This document shows positions 1 through 9,948 of a stretch of DNA of 64,000 bases, one piece after another. Made by a program: the position numbers and the translations under genes. Numbering within the stretch: position 1 is the first letter of the stretch; every line of letters begins with the position of its first letter. The stretch is from Longimicrobiales bacterium. Its GTDB lineage: Bacteria > Gemmatimonadota > Gemmatimonadetes > Longimicrobiales > Gaopeijiaceae. Below the pieces are notes generated by a model. It was not told the DNA's origin. It did no database searches and was given only the letters and a program-made list of their open reading frames with translations. The DNA lies in the NCBI GenBank assembly GCA_965203485.1, contig OZ241892.1:2176001-2240000 (forward strand), read 5' to 3'.

Positions 1-1513
1 GGCGCTCCATCACCGGCTCCATGTACATGGCGGTCAAGTCGTCGCCGGGAACTACGGCGACGTACTGGGCGCCCAAGCTGTCGCTGAGCGCGAAGAAGGC
101 GCCATCGTCGGACGACATTGGCCAACGGGCCGACGGCAACCCGCTGAACAAGTGGAAGATGCGAGACTTGCGGGCCAGCACGACGGCGTCGTCAGGGAGA
201 TGCTGGGCCGCCCAGACCCCGAGCGCCGCATGGGCGGCGGTGCGCGCGTCGTCGCAGGTGACCGGCGAGGCGGCGGACCGGCAGGAGGATGCGGCCTCGT
301 TGGTCGCGACTGCCGTCTTCGACACGGACCAAACGAGCGGAACGCCCACCGCCAGTCCTCCCGCGGCAACGGCGTAGGCCGCTGGGACCCGAAGGCGGCC
401 GGCGAGCGAACGCAAGGCCTCGGCCGCGAAGAGGAGGAGGACCGGCAACAAAGGCAATGCGTACCGGTCGGCTATCCATTGGGACGGCCATGCGGCCAGC
501 AGGGCGGCATAGAGCGGCAGGAAGACCTCGGCCGGACCGACGCTTCGCCGGAGCCGCCGAATCCAGCCCCAGACGGCCAGCGAAGCGAATCCGATTCCCA
601 TTGCTGCCGCCCATGTTCCGCTCCAGCCCGCGAGCCCACCGGGGATGACCCCGGTGACGTATCTCCAAACATTGCCCGCGAGCCGGTTCAAGAACTCTCC
701 CGCCCCGAACGTGCCCAGTTCCGGAAAAAACGGGTGGCTCAGCCAGAACTCGGAGACGTAGGCGCTTTCCGAACTTCTGGACGCCCACAGCACGGCGAGC
801 GGAAGGAAGCAGGCCGCGAACGCCGCCAGCGCCCTCCAGCGCCGCCCCGCGGCCAAGCAGATCGCGGCGGCCGCCACCAGCGGAAGCCCTGCCGAGCGCG
901 TGAAGTAGGCCAACCCGGCAAGCGCCAAGCCTCCCGCGGGAAGCCATGCGGACGACGGCGCGGGCGGGGATGCCGCCGGAGAGCGAGCGGAGTCGGCGCA
1001 GACGATGCGGCGAGGCGTCAACAACCAAAAGGCGCCCACGGTGAGCGCGACGAAGAGAGCGTCGGAAAGAACCCATCTCGAGGCGTTCAGCATCGCTGGA
1101 GACAGGCCGAAGACGAGGGCTATGGCTACGGCTGCGGCAAGCCCCTTCGAACACCGTCGCACCCACAGGAACGCAAGCGCCGAGGCCAGGCCGACGAAGA
1201 GCGCCGAGGCCGCCTTGAAGGCGCCCCAGGTCTCGGCCCCGGCCAGCATCATGACCGCCAGCACGGCGGGGTAGACGGGAGGATACTTTGCGTGCGGAGG
1301 CGAGCCCGGCGTCCACGTCTCGGCGTACCGGCCCTCGAACGCCAACTCGGCGGCCAGCAACAGATAAGACGCGTTGTCCCCGCCCCCGTTCATCGCCGGC
1401 CACCGGACGATCCAGGCCACGGCGGACACGACAATCCAGATGGCGGCCAGAACGGGCAAGATTCTGCGGGCAGGCTGGTCGCGGGAAGCTTCCGCGCGTC
1501 CGGGCGCAGCCAT
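1..1513 (-). CDS. Polytopic membrane glycosyltransferase (GT-C, ArnT/PMT-like); 3' end runs off the window
   Basis: Manual translation from ATG 1513: MAAPGRAEASRDQPARRILPVLAAIWIVVSAVAW...GGGDNASYLLLAAELA...HAKYPPVYPAVLA...VLSDALF. Many TM segments plus D-x-x-x-Y and YPP motifs typical of GT-C. Absent from the ORF track because no stop lies in the window. Confidence 0.65.
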   Translation of the reverse strand, partial: MAAPGRAEASRDQPARRILPVLAAIWIVVSAVAWIVRWPAMNGGGDNASYLLLAAELAFEGRYAETWTPGSPPHAKYPPVYPAVLAVMMLAGAETWGAFKAASALFVGLASALAFLWVRRCSKGLAAAVAIALVFGLSPAMLNASRWVLSDALFVALTVGAFWLLTPRRIVCADSARSPAASPPAPSSAWLPAGGLALAGLAYFTRSAGLPLVAAAAICLAAGRRWRALAAFAACFLPLAVLWASRSSESAYVSEFWLSHPFFPELGTFGAGEFLNRLAGNVWRYVTGVIPGGLAGWSGTWAAAMGIGFASLAVWGWIRRLRRSVGPAEVFLPLYAALLAAWPSQWIADRYALPLLPVLLLFAAEALRSLAGRLRVPAAYAVAAGGLAVGVPLVWSVSKTAVATNEAASSCRSAASPVTCDDARTAAHAALGVWAAQHLPDDAVVLARKSRIFHLFSGLPSARWPMSSDDGAFFALSDSLGAQYVAVVPGDDLTAMYMEPVMER

Positions 1514-1638
1514 CTCAGGCGGCGCGGTGCGCGGCCGCGGGGACGCGTGGGGCTCGGCGGCCGCGCAATCCCCGCTCGGCTTCGGCTTGCGCGTCGCCCG
1601 TCCGGCGCGCTGGCGGCCCGATGCTGCTACAGGTCGAG

Positions 1639-2535
1639 TCAAGCGAATTCGGTCACGGCCCTGGCGGCGCCACCCGCTTTCGCCAGCGCTTCGCGGGCTC
1701 CCTCGGCGTCCACGCCAAGGCGGCCCATCACCACCGCGGTCTTCACGTGGCCGCGAGCGCGCGCGAGCAACTCGCCCGCTTCCTCGCGGTCCAGGTCGAG
1801 CTTCGTCATCAGGATGCGCTCGGCCCGGTCCTGCAACTTGTCGCAGGTGACCTGCAGGTCCACCATGAGGTTTCCGTCGACCTTGCCGCAGAGAATCATG
1901 GCCGTCGTGGTGACCGCGTTGAGCACCATCTTGGTGGCCGTGCCCGCCTTCATGCGCGTCGATCCAGTGACGACCTCCGGGCCGGTCAGCGGGGCGATCA
2001 CCACGTCGTGGGTCCGTCGCAGCGCGGGAGACGGAGGCGTGCACAGCAGGAAGACCGTCTTCGCGCCCCGGTCCCGAGCCCTGCCCAAGGCCGCATGCAC
2101 GAACGGGGTGGTGCCGGACGTGGCGATTCCGAAGATCACGTCCAAACGCCCCACGGCCTTCTCGTCGACGGCTCGGGCCCCCGCTTCCCTGTCGTCTTCG
2201 GCGCCTTCGCAGGCCCGGACAAGGGCCCCGTCCCCGCCCGCGATCACTCCCTGCACCATCTCGGGCCGGGTCCCGAAGGTCGGCGGCATTTCCGCCGCGT
2301 CCAGCACGCCAAGGCGGCCCGACGTGCCGGCGCCCACGTAGACGAGGCGCCCTCCCGACCGAAACGCCCCGGCCGCCAAGCGCGCCGCCTGGGCGATCGC
2401 ATCCGCCTCCTTGCCGACGGCGCGCGCCACCCGCTCGTCTTCCTCGTTGATCGTCCGCACGATCTGCGCGGCGGACAGACGGTCCACGGCCTCCGTGCGC
2501 GGGTTGCGCTGTTCCGTCAGCCTGTCATCCAGCAT
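1639..2535 (-). CDS. murQ: N-acetylmuramic acid 6-phosphate etherase
   Basis: LTEQRNP, GAGTSGRLGVLDAAEMPPTFG, GPEVVTGSTRMKAGTATKMVLN, GNLMVDL motifs; ATG at 2535. Confidence 0.95.
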   Translation of the reverse strand: MLDDRLTEQRNPRTEAVDRLSAAQIVRTINEEDERVARAVGKEADAIAQAARLAAGAFRSGGRLVYVGAGTSGRLGVLDAAEMPPTFGTRPEMVQGVIAGGDGALVRACEGAEDDREAGARAVDEKAVGRLDVIFGIATSGTTPFVHAALGRARDRGAKTVFLLCTPPSPALRRTHDVVIAPLTGPEVVTGSTRMKAGTATKMVLNAVTTTAMILCGKVDGNLMVDLQVTCDKLQDRAERILMTKLDLDREEAGELLARARGHVKTAVVMGRLGVDAEGAREALAKAGGAARAVTEFA

Positions 2536-3421
2536 TGCCGGCACCGCCGCCCGCCCCCGGCAACGAATCCGCCTGCGCAGGCACCGAGAACGCCGTCCGC
2601 ACTTCGACGAGCACCGTCGCGCCCGCCCTGACCCGGCCCTGGTACGGCCGAGGCTCGACAAGGCCGCCGAACGGGTTGGCCGACTGCACGCCGCCGGCCA
2701 GCACGGCCCGAACCGGTCGCTCGAAGCCGTCCGCCGAGAGCGTCTCGAACTCAAGATCGAGGTGGGCGTCCTCGCCGGGCCCCGGCGACGGCTCGGCCGC
2801 GGTCACCCGCCCCAGCAGCTTGGCGCCGGAGCGGATCAGGAGCGTGCCGGCGGGTCCCGTCACGTCCGTCGCGACGGTCGCGACCACCGCGTGCCCCGGC
2901 AGATGCATCTCCGCCGAGACGCCCTCGTCGAGCCGCACTCGCATTCTCGTGCCCGCGGCAACGACCGCCGAGGCCGGCGCCGGCGCCCCGGCGTCGGGCA
3001 AGGGGCCGCCGGCCGCTTCCCGGCCGGGCTCGACGAGCTGGCTGGTTCCAGGCTCGGACTCGTGGGCGGACCGGGTCCTTGCGCCGTCGACAGGACGGTC
3101 CTGCAAGTTCGCGCCGGGAGGAACGCCGTCCGATCCGAACCCCTCCCGCGCCGAGTCGGCCCGCGCGAAGGCGCCGTAGTCGCTCGCGTCGTACGGCGTC
3201 CCGGACGCCTCCTGTCCGTCGGCGGACGCCGCGCCGTTCTCCTCGCTCTGGTCCGTTCCGCAGGCCGCGCACGCTAGGCAAGCCGCAACGAGCACCCAGC
3301 TCCTCGGTCCCCGGTTCGTCTTCGGCAACGGCACCTCCAAGCGGATCGTCTTCAGCGGGCGGCGGCCGATTCGGGCTGGCCCGGCGGCATCGGACCCGTG
3401 GCGGCCGGACGTCGAGCGCAC
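2525..3421 (-). CDS. Hypothetical lipoprotein with TrbI/VirB10-like beta domain (true start probably downstream)
   Basis: Lipobox-like LAACLACAAC; low-complexity linker; VAAGTRMRVRLDEGVS...GAKLLGRVT...LDLEFETL resembles VirB10-like domains. Confidence 0.5.
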   Translation of the reverse strand: MRSTSGRHGSDAAGPARIGRRPLKTIRLEVPLPKTNRGPRSWVLVAACLACAACGTDQSEENGAASADGQEASGTPYDASDYGAFARADSAREGFGSDGVPPGANLQDRPVDGARTRSAHESEPGTSQLVEPGREAAGGPLPDAGAPAPASAVVAAGTRMRVRLDEGVSAEMHLPGHAVVATVATDVTGPAGTLLIRSGAKLLGRVTAAEPSPGPGEDAHLDLEFETLSADGFERPVRAVLAGGVQSANPFGGLVEPRPYQGRVRAGATVLVEVRTAFSVPAQADSLPGAGGGAGNAG

Positions 3422-3561
3422 GGCTTCCGAAGCCCATGAAGTTAATCTGTCTCATCCCCGCTTGATTGCAAGTTGCGTCCGCGCGGTCGGCCCGCCGCGC
3501 CGTCGCCGTCGCGCCGTCCGTCCTCTTCCGCCCGCCACGCGCTCGCACGAGCTTCCCCGGC

Positions 3562-5346
3562 ATGAAGCAGCTTCGCACCGTCGTCCCGTACTTCGGCCCC
3601 TACCGGAGGGTCCTGGCGTGGGGCCTGGCGCTCGTCGTCGCCGCCAACGGCTTCACGCTGGCGAGTCCCTACGTGCTCAAGCTGGCCGTCGACGGGCTGG
3701 CCGGCGCGGGCGGAGCGGCGGCGGCGAACGCGGCGCGCGACGCGGGGCTCTTTGCGCTGCTCATCGTGGCCATGGCACTGGCGGGCGGAGCGGCCCGCTA
3801 CGGGATGCGAGAAATCATGAACGGCGTGAGCCGCCGGATAGAGGTGGACCTTCGCAACGACTTCTTCCGTCACCTGCTGCGGCTGGACGCGGGGTTCTAC
3901 GGCCGCATGCGCACCGGCGACCTGATGAGCCGGGCCACCAACGACACGCTGGCAGTGCGCCAAGCGACCGGTCCAGCCGTGATGTATTCGGCCAACACGA
4001 TCGTGAACTTCGCCTTCGGGCTGGCGCTGATGGTCCTCATCGACCCCGGGCTGACCCTGGCCGTCATGGCGCCCCTCGCGCTGCTCCCGCCGGCGGCCGT
4101 CTGGTTCGGGCGGGCGATCCATCGCCGGTTCGAGGACATACAGGAGCACTTCGGGACGCTGTCGACGATGGTGCAGGAGAACATGAGCGGCGTGCGCATC
4201 GTGCGCGCGTACGGCCAGGAACGGGGCCAGGCGCGCGAGTTCGACGCCCTGAACCGCGAGTACCTCCGGCGCAACATGCGACTCGCGTACGCCGCCGGAG
4301 GCTTCCATCCGGCGCTGGGCTTCCTGTCCGGGTGCGCCACCGTGGCGCTGCTTTGGCACGGGGGCGGGCTGGTCGTCGCGGGCGCCATAACGACCGGCGA
4401 CTTCGTGGCCTTCTTCTGGCTGCTGGCCATGCTCGCGTGGCCGATGATCACGCTGGGATGGGTGGTGAACATCTTCCAGCGCGGGGCGGCCTCGATGGAA
4501 CGCTTGAACCGGATCTTCGCGGTGCGGCCGCGCATCGCCGCGCCGGCCGCGCCGCGTCCCGCGCCCAGCGGTCCCTCCGAGATCGAGTTTCGGGATGTCA
4601 CGTTCCGCTACCCGGACGCCGACCGGTCCGCGCTGGAGGACGTCTCCTTCACGGCGCCGCCCGGCTGCACCGTGGCCGTCGTGGGCCCGACCGGCGCGGG
4701 AAAGAGCACGCTGGTGTCGCTCGTGGCGCGCGTATGGGATCCGGCATCCGGCGCGGTGCTGCTGGACGGGCATCCCCTCCGGGACTACGACCCCGCCGAC
4801 GTGCGCGCCCGAATCGGATTCGCTCCCCAGGACAACGTGCTCTTCTCCGACCGCTTGGGGCGCAACATCGCGTTGGGGCTCTCGCGTTCGACGGACGACG
4901 GCGCGGGGCTCGAGCGAGTCCGGGCGGCGACGGCGGCGGCCCATCTGGACGAGGCCGTGCGAGGGTTCCCCGCCGGCTACGAGACGATGCTGGGCGAACG
5001 GGGCATCAACCTGTCGGGCGGCCAGAAGCAACGGGCCACGCTGGCGCGTGCCCTGGCCATCGATCCGTCGGTCTTGATCCTGGACGACGTGCTGAGCGCG
5101 GTGGACACCGAGACGGAGAGTCGCATCCTGAAGGGCCTGCAACGCGAACTGAGGAACCGCACGGCCTTCGTGATCTCGCACCGGGTGACGGCGGTCCGGG
5201 ACGCCGACCTGATCCTCGTGCTGGGCGAGGGACGGATAGTGGAGCGCGGGCGGCACGACGACCTGCTTGCGCTCGGCGGCGCCTACGCGTCCTTGCTCCG
5301 CAGGCAGCTCCTGGAGCAGGACCTGTCGCTGGCGGGCGCGGCATGA
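3562..5346 (+). CDS. ABC exporter, fused permease/ATPase (MdlA/MsbA-like)
   Basis: TM domain with RTGDLMSRATND; Walker A GPTGAGKST; signature LSGGQKQR; Walker B ILDD; ISHR. Confidence 0.93.
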   Translation: MKQLRTVVPYFGPYRRVLAWGLALVVAANGFTLASPYVLKLAVDGLAGAGGAAAANAARDAGLFALLIVAMALAGGAARYGMREIMNGVSRRIEVDLRNDFFRHLLRLDAGFYGRMRTGDLMSRATNDTLAVRQATGPAVMYSANTIVNFAFGLALMVLIDPGLTLAVMAPLALLPPAAVWFGRAIHRRFEDIQEHFGTLSTMVQENMSGVRIVRAYGQERGQAREFDALNREYLRRNMRLAYAAGGFHPALGFLSGCATVALLWHGGGLVVAGAITTGDFVAFFWLLAMLAWPMITLGWVVNIFQRGAASMERLNRIFAVRPRIAAPAAPRPAPSGPSEIEFRDVTFRYPDADRSALEDVSFTAPPGCTVAVVGPTGAGKSTLVSLVARVWDPASGAVLLDGHPLRDYDPADVRARIGFAPQDNVLFSDRLGRNIALGLSRSTDDGAGLERVRAATAAAHLDEAVRGFPAGYETMLGERGINLSGGQKQRATLARALAIDPSVLILDDVLSAVDTETESRILKGLQRELRNRTAFVISHRVTAVRDADLILVLGEGRIVERGRHDDLLALGGAYASLLRRQLLEQDLSLAGAA

Positions 5347-5437
5347 TCGCCAGGGGAGAGGCCGCCTTTGCGCTTCGCCTCGCTTGCGTGGCGGGGGGCG
5401 GCGCGAGCCGGCCGGGGCCAGAGGGCGGGACCGCGAA

Positions 5438-6184
5438 CTACAGCCGCTCCAGTAGGAAGTCGGGAGTGAACCGGTTCAGATAGGCCGCCAACGTGACGAA
5501 GGAGCCCGTCACGAGCAGCACGCCCAGGAGGACCAGCAACGCGCCGGCGACCTTCTGCACGGCGGGCAGAAAGCGGCGGAACCCGGCGAAAGCGGCCAGG
5601 AAGCGCTCGAGCGCCAGGGCCGCCGCCATGAACGGAACGGCCAAGCCCATCGAGTACGCGAACAGGAGGAACATCCCCCATCCCAAGTTCTCCTGGGCGG
5701 CGAGCGTCATGATGGCGCCGAGCTGCGGGCCGATGCAGGGCGTCCACCCCGCGCCGAACGCCAGTCCGACCGCGACCGTGCCCAAGTAGCCTACGGGCTT
5801 GTCGGCCAAGTGAAGGCGCTTCTCGCGCAACAGAGGCGCCAGCTGGAAGACGCCGGTCAGATGAAGACCCAGGACGATGATCACGACTCCGCCTGCGCGC
5901 GCGATCCAGTCCCTGTAGTACAGCAGCCAGCTGCCGACGAACGACGCCGACGCTCCCAGCAGGACGAAGACGAGCGTGAAGCCGGTGACGAAGAGTCCCG
6001 CATGCAGGAGCACTCGCTTCCGGTCGAAGCCCTGTTGCAGGTCCTCCAGCGAGACGCCGGTCACGAACGACAGGTAGCTGGGCACCAACGGCAGTACGCA
6101 CGGGGACAGGAACGACAGCAACCCGGCGCTCACGGCGATCAGGATGCCGACGGATTCGTTCACGGATTCCAATGGGACCTCCAT
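5438..6184 (-). CDS. ccdA: Cytochrome c biogenesis protein CcdA (DsbD TM domain)
   Basis: AGLLSFLSPCVLPLVPSY and FGAGWTPCIGP motifs. Confidence 0.92.
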   Translation of the reverse strand: MEVPLESVNESVGILIAVSAGLLSFLSPCVLPLVPSYLSFVTGVSLEDLQQGFDRKRVLLHAGLFVTGFTLVFVLLGASASFVGSWLLYYRDWIARAGGVVIIVLGLHLTGVFQLAPLLREKRLHLADKPVGYLGTVAVGLAFGAGWTPCIGPQLGAIMTLAAQENLGWGMFLLFAYSMGLAVPFMAAALALERFLAAFAGFRRFLPAVQKVAGALLVLLGVLLVTGSFVTLAAYLNRFTPDFLLERL

Positions 6185-6203
6185 CTCTCTTCGCGGGGCT
6201 CCC

Positions 6204-6740
6204 TCATCCGGGCGGACGCGTCCCGGCGAGTTCTTCTTCGAACAGCTCGGCCGGGTAGGCGCGCATGAGCGACGCGAACGCCTCGGCCTCTCCGCCCACC
6301 TCGACCACGCGCGGACTCCCCAAGGGCTCCGCGCTCCTCTCGGCGACGCCTTCCATCATCGCCGGCACACGCTCGGGCGGGGCCACGCCTTCGTCGACGA
6401 AGCGGACGTCGAAGTAGAGGCCCTTGCCGGTCCGCTGGGCCGAGTAGCGCACGGTGACGAGCCGTCGCGAGCTGCGTCCCGCGAAGCAGCCGGCCACGAC
6501 GAGTCCCTGCTCGCGACGTCCGCGCACCAGCGGCGGAAACAGCCACAGCTTGTCGATCGAATTCGGCCTCAGGCGCTCGCCGGCGCCCCTCACGGCGCGC
6601 GGCAATGCCTCGGGCACGCCGGGGTCGGTTCGCCGCGGCCCCGCCCGCCGCGGCGGCTCGGCCGCGGGATTCGGCGGCTTCGCGTCCGCGGGGGGAGCGC
6701 GGCCGACGTCCGAGAACCCGATCTCCGCGAGCCCGGCCAC
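6204..6740 (-). CDS. Hypothetical protein
   Basis: ORF fills the gap between the E1 gene and ccdA on the same strand; globular core (IDKLWLFPPLVRGRREQGLVV). Confidence 0.6.
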   Translation of the reverse strand: MAGLAEIGFSDVGRAPPADAKPPNPAAEPPRRAGPRRTDPGVPEALPRAVRGAGERLRPNSIDKLWLFPPLVRGRREQGLVVAGCFAGRSSRRLVTVRYSAQRTGKGLYFDVRFVDEGVAPPERVPAMMEGVAERSAEPLGSPRVVEVGGEAEAFASLMRAYPAELFEEELAGTRPPG

Positions 6741-6758
6741 GCGACGCGCCCGCCGACC

Positions 6759-8936
6759 CTAGTATGCCGCCAGGGCGAGGATCGCCTGGAGCACGTCGTC
6801 GGGTTGCGGCAGGATCGCCTTCTCCAGCTGCGGCGAGTAGGCCACCCACGTGTCGAGCGACGCCACCCTCCGAACCGGCGCGTCCAGCCACGGAAACAAG
6901 TCGTCCGCGACGCGGGCTGCAACCTCGGCCCCGATCCCGAACGACAGCGCGTCTTCGTGCGCCACGAGGACCTTGTTGGTGCGGCGCGCGGAATCGCCCA
7001 CGGTCTCCATGTCCAGCGGCGAGATCGTGCGCAGGTCGACGACCTCGGCGCTCACGCCGTGGCGATCGGCGGCCAGGCGGGCGGCGTCGCAGGCGCGCTT
7101 CACCAAGGCGCCGCAGGCGATCACCGTCACGTCGCGGCCCGGGCGCACCACCTTCGCCTTGCCGAACGGGACCATGTAGTCCGGTCCCGGATACGCGCCC
7201 TTGTTGTGGACTTGCCGGTACAGGTGCTTGTGCTCCAGGAAGAGCACGGGGTCGTCGCACCGGATCGCGGTGCGCAGAAGGCCGTTGGCGTCCAGCGCGT
7301 TCGACGGCAACACGACGCGCAGGCCCGGCGTGTGCGCGAACAGCGTCGCGCCCGTCTGGGAATGGTAGATGCCGCCCTTGATGTAGCCGCCGTAGGTGGT
7401 GCGAACGACCACCGGCGCGGACCAGTCTCCGCCGGAGCGGTAGCGCATTGTGGCCAGCTCGTTGCGTATCTGCATGAACGCCGGCCAGATGTAGTCGAAG
7501 AACTGAATCTCCACCACCGGCTTGACGCCGCGCACGGCCATCCCGATCGCTCGGCCGACGATGTTGGCCTCCGCGAGCGGCGCGTTGTACACGCGGTCGG
7601 AGCCGAAGCGCGCCTGCAGGCCGTGCGTGACCTTGAAGACGCCGCCCTTCCCCTTCACCTCGGCCAACGCCTCCTCGCGCGAGGCGTCCGCCACGTCCTG
7701 GCCGAAGACGACGATGCGCGGATCGCGGGCCATCTCGTCGCGCAGGCAACGGTTGAGCAGGTCCACCATGGTGAGCGCGCTGTCGTCCTCGGAGGCGGGC
7801 GCTTTCTCTGTGTCGAAGGCCGCGCCCGTGGGGTCGACGGCCTCCGAGTAGAGCCACTTGGATGCCGTTTCGGGCGGCGGTTGCGGATGCTCCAGCGCTT
7901 GGTCTGCGGCGGCGGCCACCGCCACCTTCACGTCCGCTTCGAGCCGGTCGAGCTGCGACTCGGTGGCCGCGCCGGCGTCGAGCAGCATCCGGCGGGCGCG
8001 AGCGATGGGATCGCGGCTGTCCTGCCGGACGCGCTCGGCGGCCGTGCGGTAGGCCGTCTCGTCGTCGGAGGCCGAATGCGAGTAGGGGCGGGTGGTGTGC
8101 GCGTGAAGCAGGGCCGGCCCCCGGCGCTCCCGGCACCAGCGCACGGCGGCGGCGGCGGCGGCGTGGGACTCCATCAGGTCGGTACCGTCGCACTCGACGA
8201 TCTTCAGGCCGGGAAAGCCGCTCAGCAACCGCGAGACGTTGCCCCCGGCCGTCTGCACTTCGACCGGCACCGATATGGCGTACTCGTTGTCTTCGACGAC
8301 GAACAGAAGCGGCAACCCTAGGTTGCAGGCCGTGTTGAGGGCCTCCCAGAACTCGCCTTCGGAAGTCGTGCCGTCGCCTGCGCAACACACCACGATCTCG
8401 TCTTCCGCAAACGGGACGACATGCTCGCGCAACGCGGGAAGCCGGGACGCCCGCACCCCGGCTTCCGCCGTGCCGACGGCGTGCAGGAACTGCGTGCCCG
8501 TGGGCGACGACGCCGAAACCATGTTGAGACGCGAGTCCCCGAAGTGCGCGGGCATCTGGCGGCCCCCGCTGGCGCGGCACGCCTCCGCCGCCGTGCCCTG
8601 CAGGAAGTGTTCCACCGGCTCGACGCCCAGCGCCAGCGCCAGCGCGCGGTCCCGGTAGTAGAGGTAGAGCCAGTCCGAGCCGCGCCGGAGGTGGTCCGCG
8701 AGAGCCACCTGCACAGCCTCGTGCCCCGCTCCGGCGATCTGGAAGAAGATCTTGCCTTGCCGGTAGAGCGTCCCCTCGCGGTCGTCGATGCTCCGCGCCG
8801 TGACCATGGTGCGGTACCACGAGAGAAGCGTGTCGGCCCCGGGGCGGCCCCCAGCTTGCGCGGCCTTGGCCTTGGCCTCGGCTTCGGCTTTCGGTGCGTC
8901 CAAGCGGTTCCTTCCGGTGGTCCAACTGCGGTGCAC
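6759..8936 (-). CDS. 2-oxoacid (probably branched-chain) dehydrogenase E1, fused alpha/beta
   Basis: TPP motif GDGTTSEG...[39 protein letters not shown]; start uncertain. Confidence 0.92.
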   Translation of the reverse strand: MHRSWTTGRNRLDAPKAEAEAKAKAAQAGGRPGADTLLSWYRTMVTARSIDDREGTLYRQGKIFFQIAGAGHEAVQVALADHLRRGSDWLYLYYRDRALALALGVEPVEHFLQGTAAEACRASGGRQMPAHFGDSRLNMVSASSPTGTQFLHAVGTAEAGVRASRLPALREHVVPFAEDEIVVCCAGDGTTSEGEFWEALNTACNLGLPLLFVVEDNEYAISVPVEVQTAGGNVSRLLSGFPGLKIVECDGTDLMESHAAAAAAVRWCRERRGPALLHAHTTRPYSHSASDDETAYRTAAERVRQDSRDPIARARRMLLDAGAATESQLDRLEADVKVAVAAAADQALEHPQPPPETASKWLYSEAVDPTGAAFDTEKAPASEDDSALTMVDLLNRCLRDEMARDPRIVVFGQDVADASREEALAEVKGKGGVFKVTHGLQARFGSDRVYNAPLAEANIVGRAIGMAVRGVKPVVEIQFFDYIWPAFMQIRNELATMRYRSGGDWSAPVVVRTTYGGYIKGGIYHSQTGATLFAHTPGLRVVLPSNALDANGLLRTAIRCDDPVLFLEHKHLYRQVHNKGAYPGPDYMVPFGKAKVVRPGRDVTVIACGALVKRACDAARLAADRHGVSAEVVDLRTISPLDMETVGDSARRTNKVLVAHEDALSFGIGAEVAARVADDLFPWLDAPVRRVASLDTWVAYSPQLEKAILPQPDDVLQAILALAAY

Positions 8937-9005
8937 GGGATCGCGGCAAGCGAGCCGCCGACCAGACGGCTACAATAACAAATGCGCCCCGGAGTCGGAC
9001 CTCGC

Positions 9006-9701
9006 TTACGACGAAGTGGGTTGCCGGGGCGCCCCGTCCGCTTCACCCTTCGGCTCGTCCGCCGAGTAGCGGGCGGGCGTCTCCCGCACGCCGACGCCAG
9101 GGACCGCGGCCGCTTCCGCGCCAGGCAGGCCGCCACCCTCCAGGCGGTCGATCCGGTGGCCAGTCTCCTGCTTGTGGGCGTTGAGCGCATTCGTCATCTC
9201 CTGCTTGTAGGCGTTGAACGCGTCCGTCAGTTCCCGTTTGTGGGTGGCAAACGCGTCCGCCAGTTCCTGCTTGTGGATGGCGAAGGCGTCCGCCAGTTCC
9301 CGTTTCTGGGTGGCGAGGGCGTCCGTCAGTTCCTGCTTGTGGGTGGCGAGGGCGTCCGTCAGTTCCCGTTTGTGGGTGGCAAACGCGTCCGCCAGTTCCT
9401 GCTTCTGGATGGCGAGGGCGTCCGCCAGTTCCTGCTTGTGGGTGGCGAGGGTGTCCGTCAGTTCCCGTTTGTGGGTGGCAAACGCGTCCGCCAGTTCCTG
9501 CTTCTGGGTGGCGAGGGCGTCCGACGTTTCCCGCCTGTGGTTTCCGATCTGCTCCGCGAGCCGCTTCTCGCCCGCTTCGCGTCGCTTCTCCGCCTCCTCG
9601 CGCTCCCTTCGCCTGTCGGCCTTCGCCGCGAAGTGCACGCCAAGAGCGGACACCACAATCGCCACGATCGTCCAGAAGTCGCCGCTGTAGAGAAGGTCCA
9701 T
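9006..9701 (-). CDS. Membrane-anchored coiled-coil protein with 11 x 11-aa repeats
   Basis: N-terminal TM (FWTIVAIVVSALGV), repeats D(A/T)(L/F)A(T/I)(H/Q)K(Q/R)EL(A/T), then IDRLEG. Confidence 0.75.
   Translation of the reverse strand: MDLLYSGDFWTIVAIVVSALGVHFAAKADRRREREEAEKRREAGEKRLAEQIGNHRRETSDALATQKQELADAFATHKRELTDTLATHKQELADALAIQKQELADAFATHKRELTDALATHKQELTDALATQKRELADAFAIHKQELADAFATHKRELTDAFNAYKQEMTNALNAHKQETGHRIDRLEGGGLPGAEAAAVPGVGVRETPARYSADEPKGEADGAPRQPTSS
9159..9521 (-). repeat. 33-bp tandem coding repeat, about 11 units
   Basis: Recurring unit like GTCAGTTCCCGTTTGTGGGTGGCAAACGCGTCC with period 33. Confidence 0.9.
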
Positions 9702-9948
9702 CTTGTCGTCCTTGCACTCGGATGGCGGGCTCCGAGGTTTGCGTCCACTGCCGCCCCTGCAATCTACACTCGGAAGCGCTCGGCCGAAGCCCAGTGGGCA
9801 GAATGCCTTCGACTTGGGACACGGACCGGCGACGGCGCGCCAAGACCCTCCGAACCCTCCGACTCGCCAACCCGGATCCGCTCTGCCCGGCTACACGGCG
9901 CTCGTCTACGCGCAATGTCGATGGCGGCCCGAGGCGCGCTCGTCTCGC

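Noticed and set aside
6759..8936. E1 alpha-beta fusion (likewise the APC-USP and MoeB-rhodanese fusions) as novelty
   Set aside because: All are well-known domain architectures.
9159..9521. CRISPR or DGR-like repeat
   Set aside because: Contiguous in-frame 33-bp units with no spacers, variation not restricted to adenines, and no reverse transcriptase in the window.
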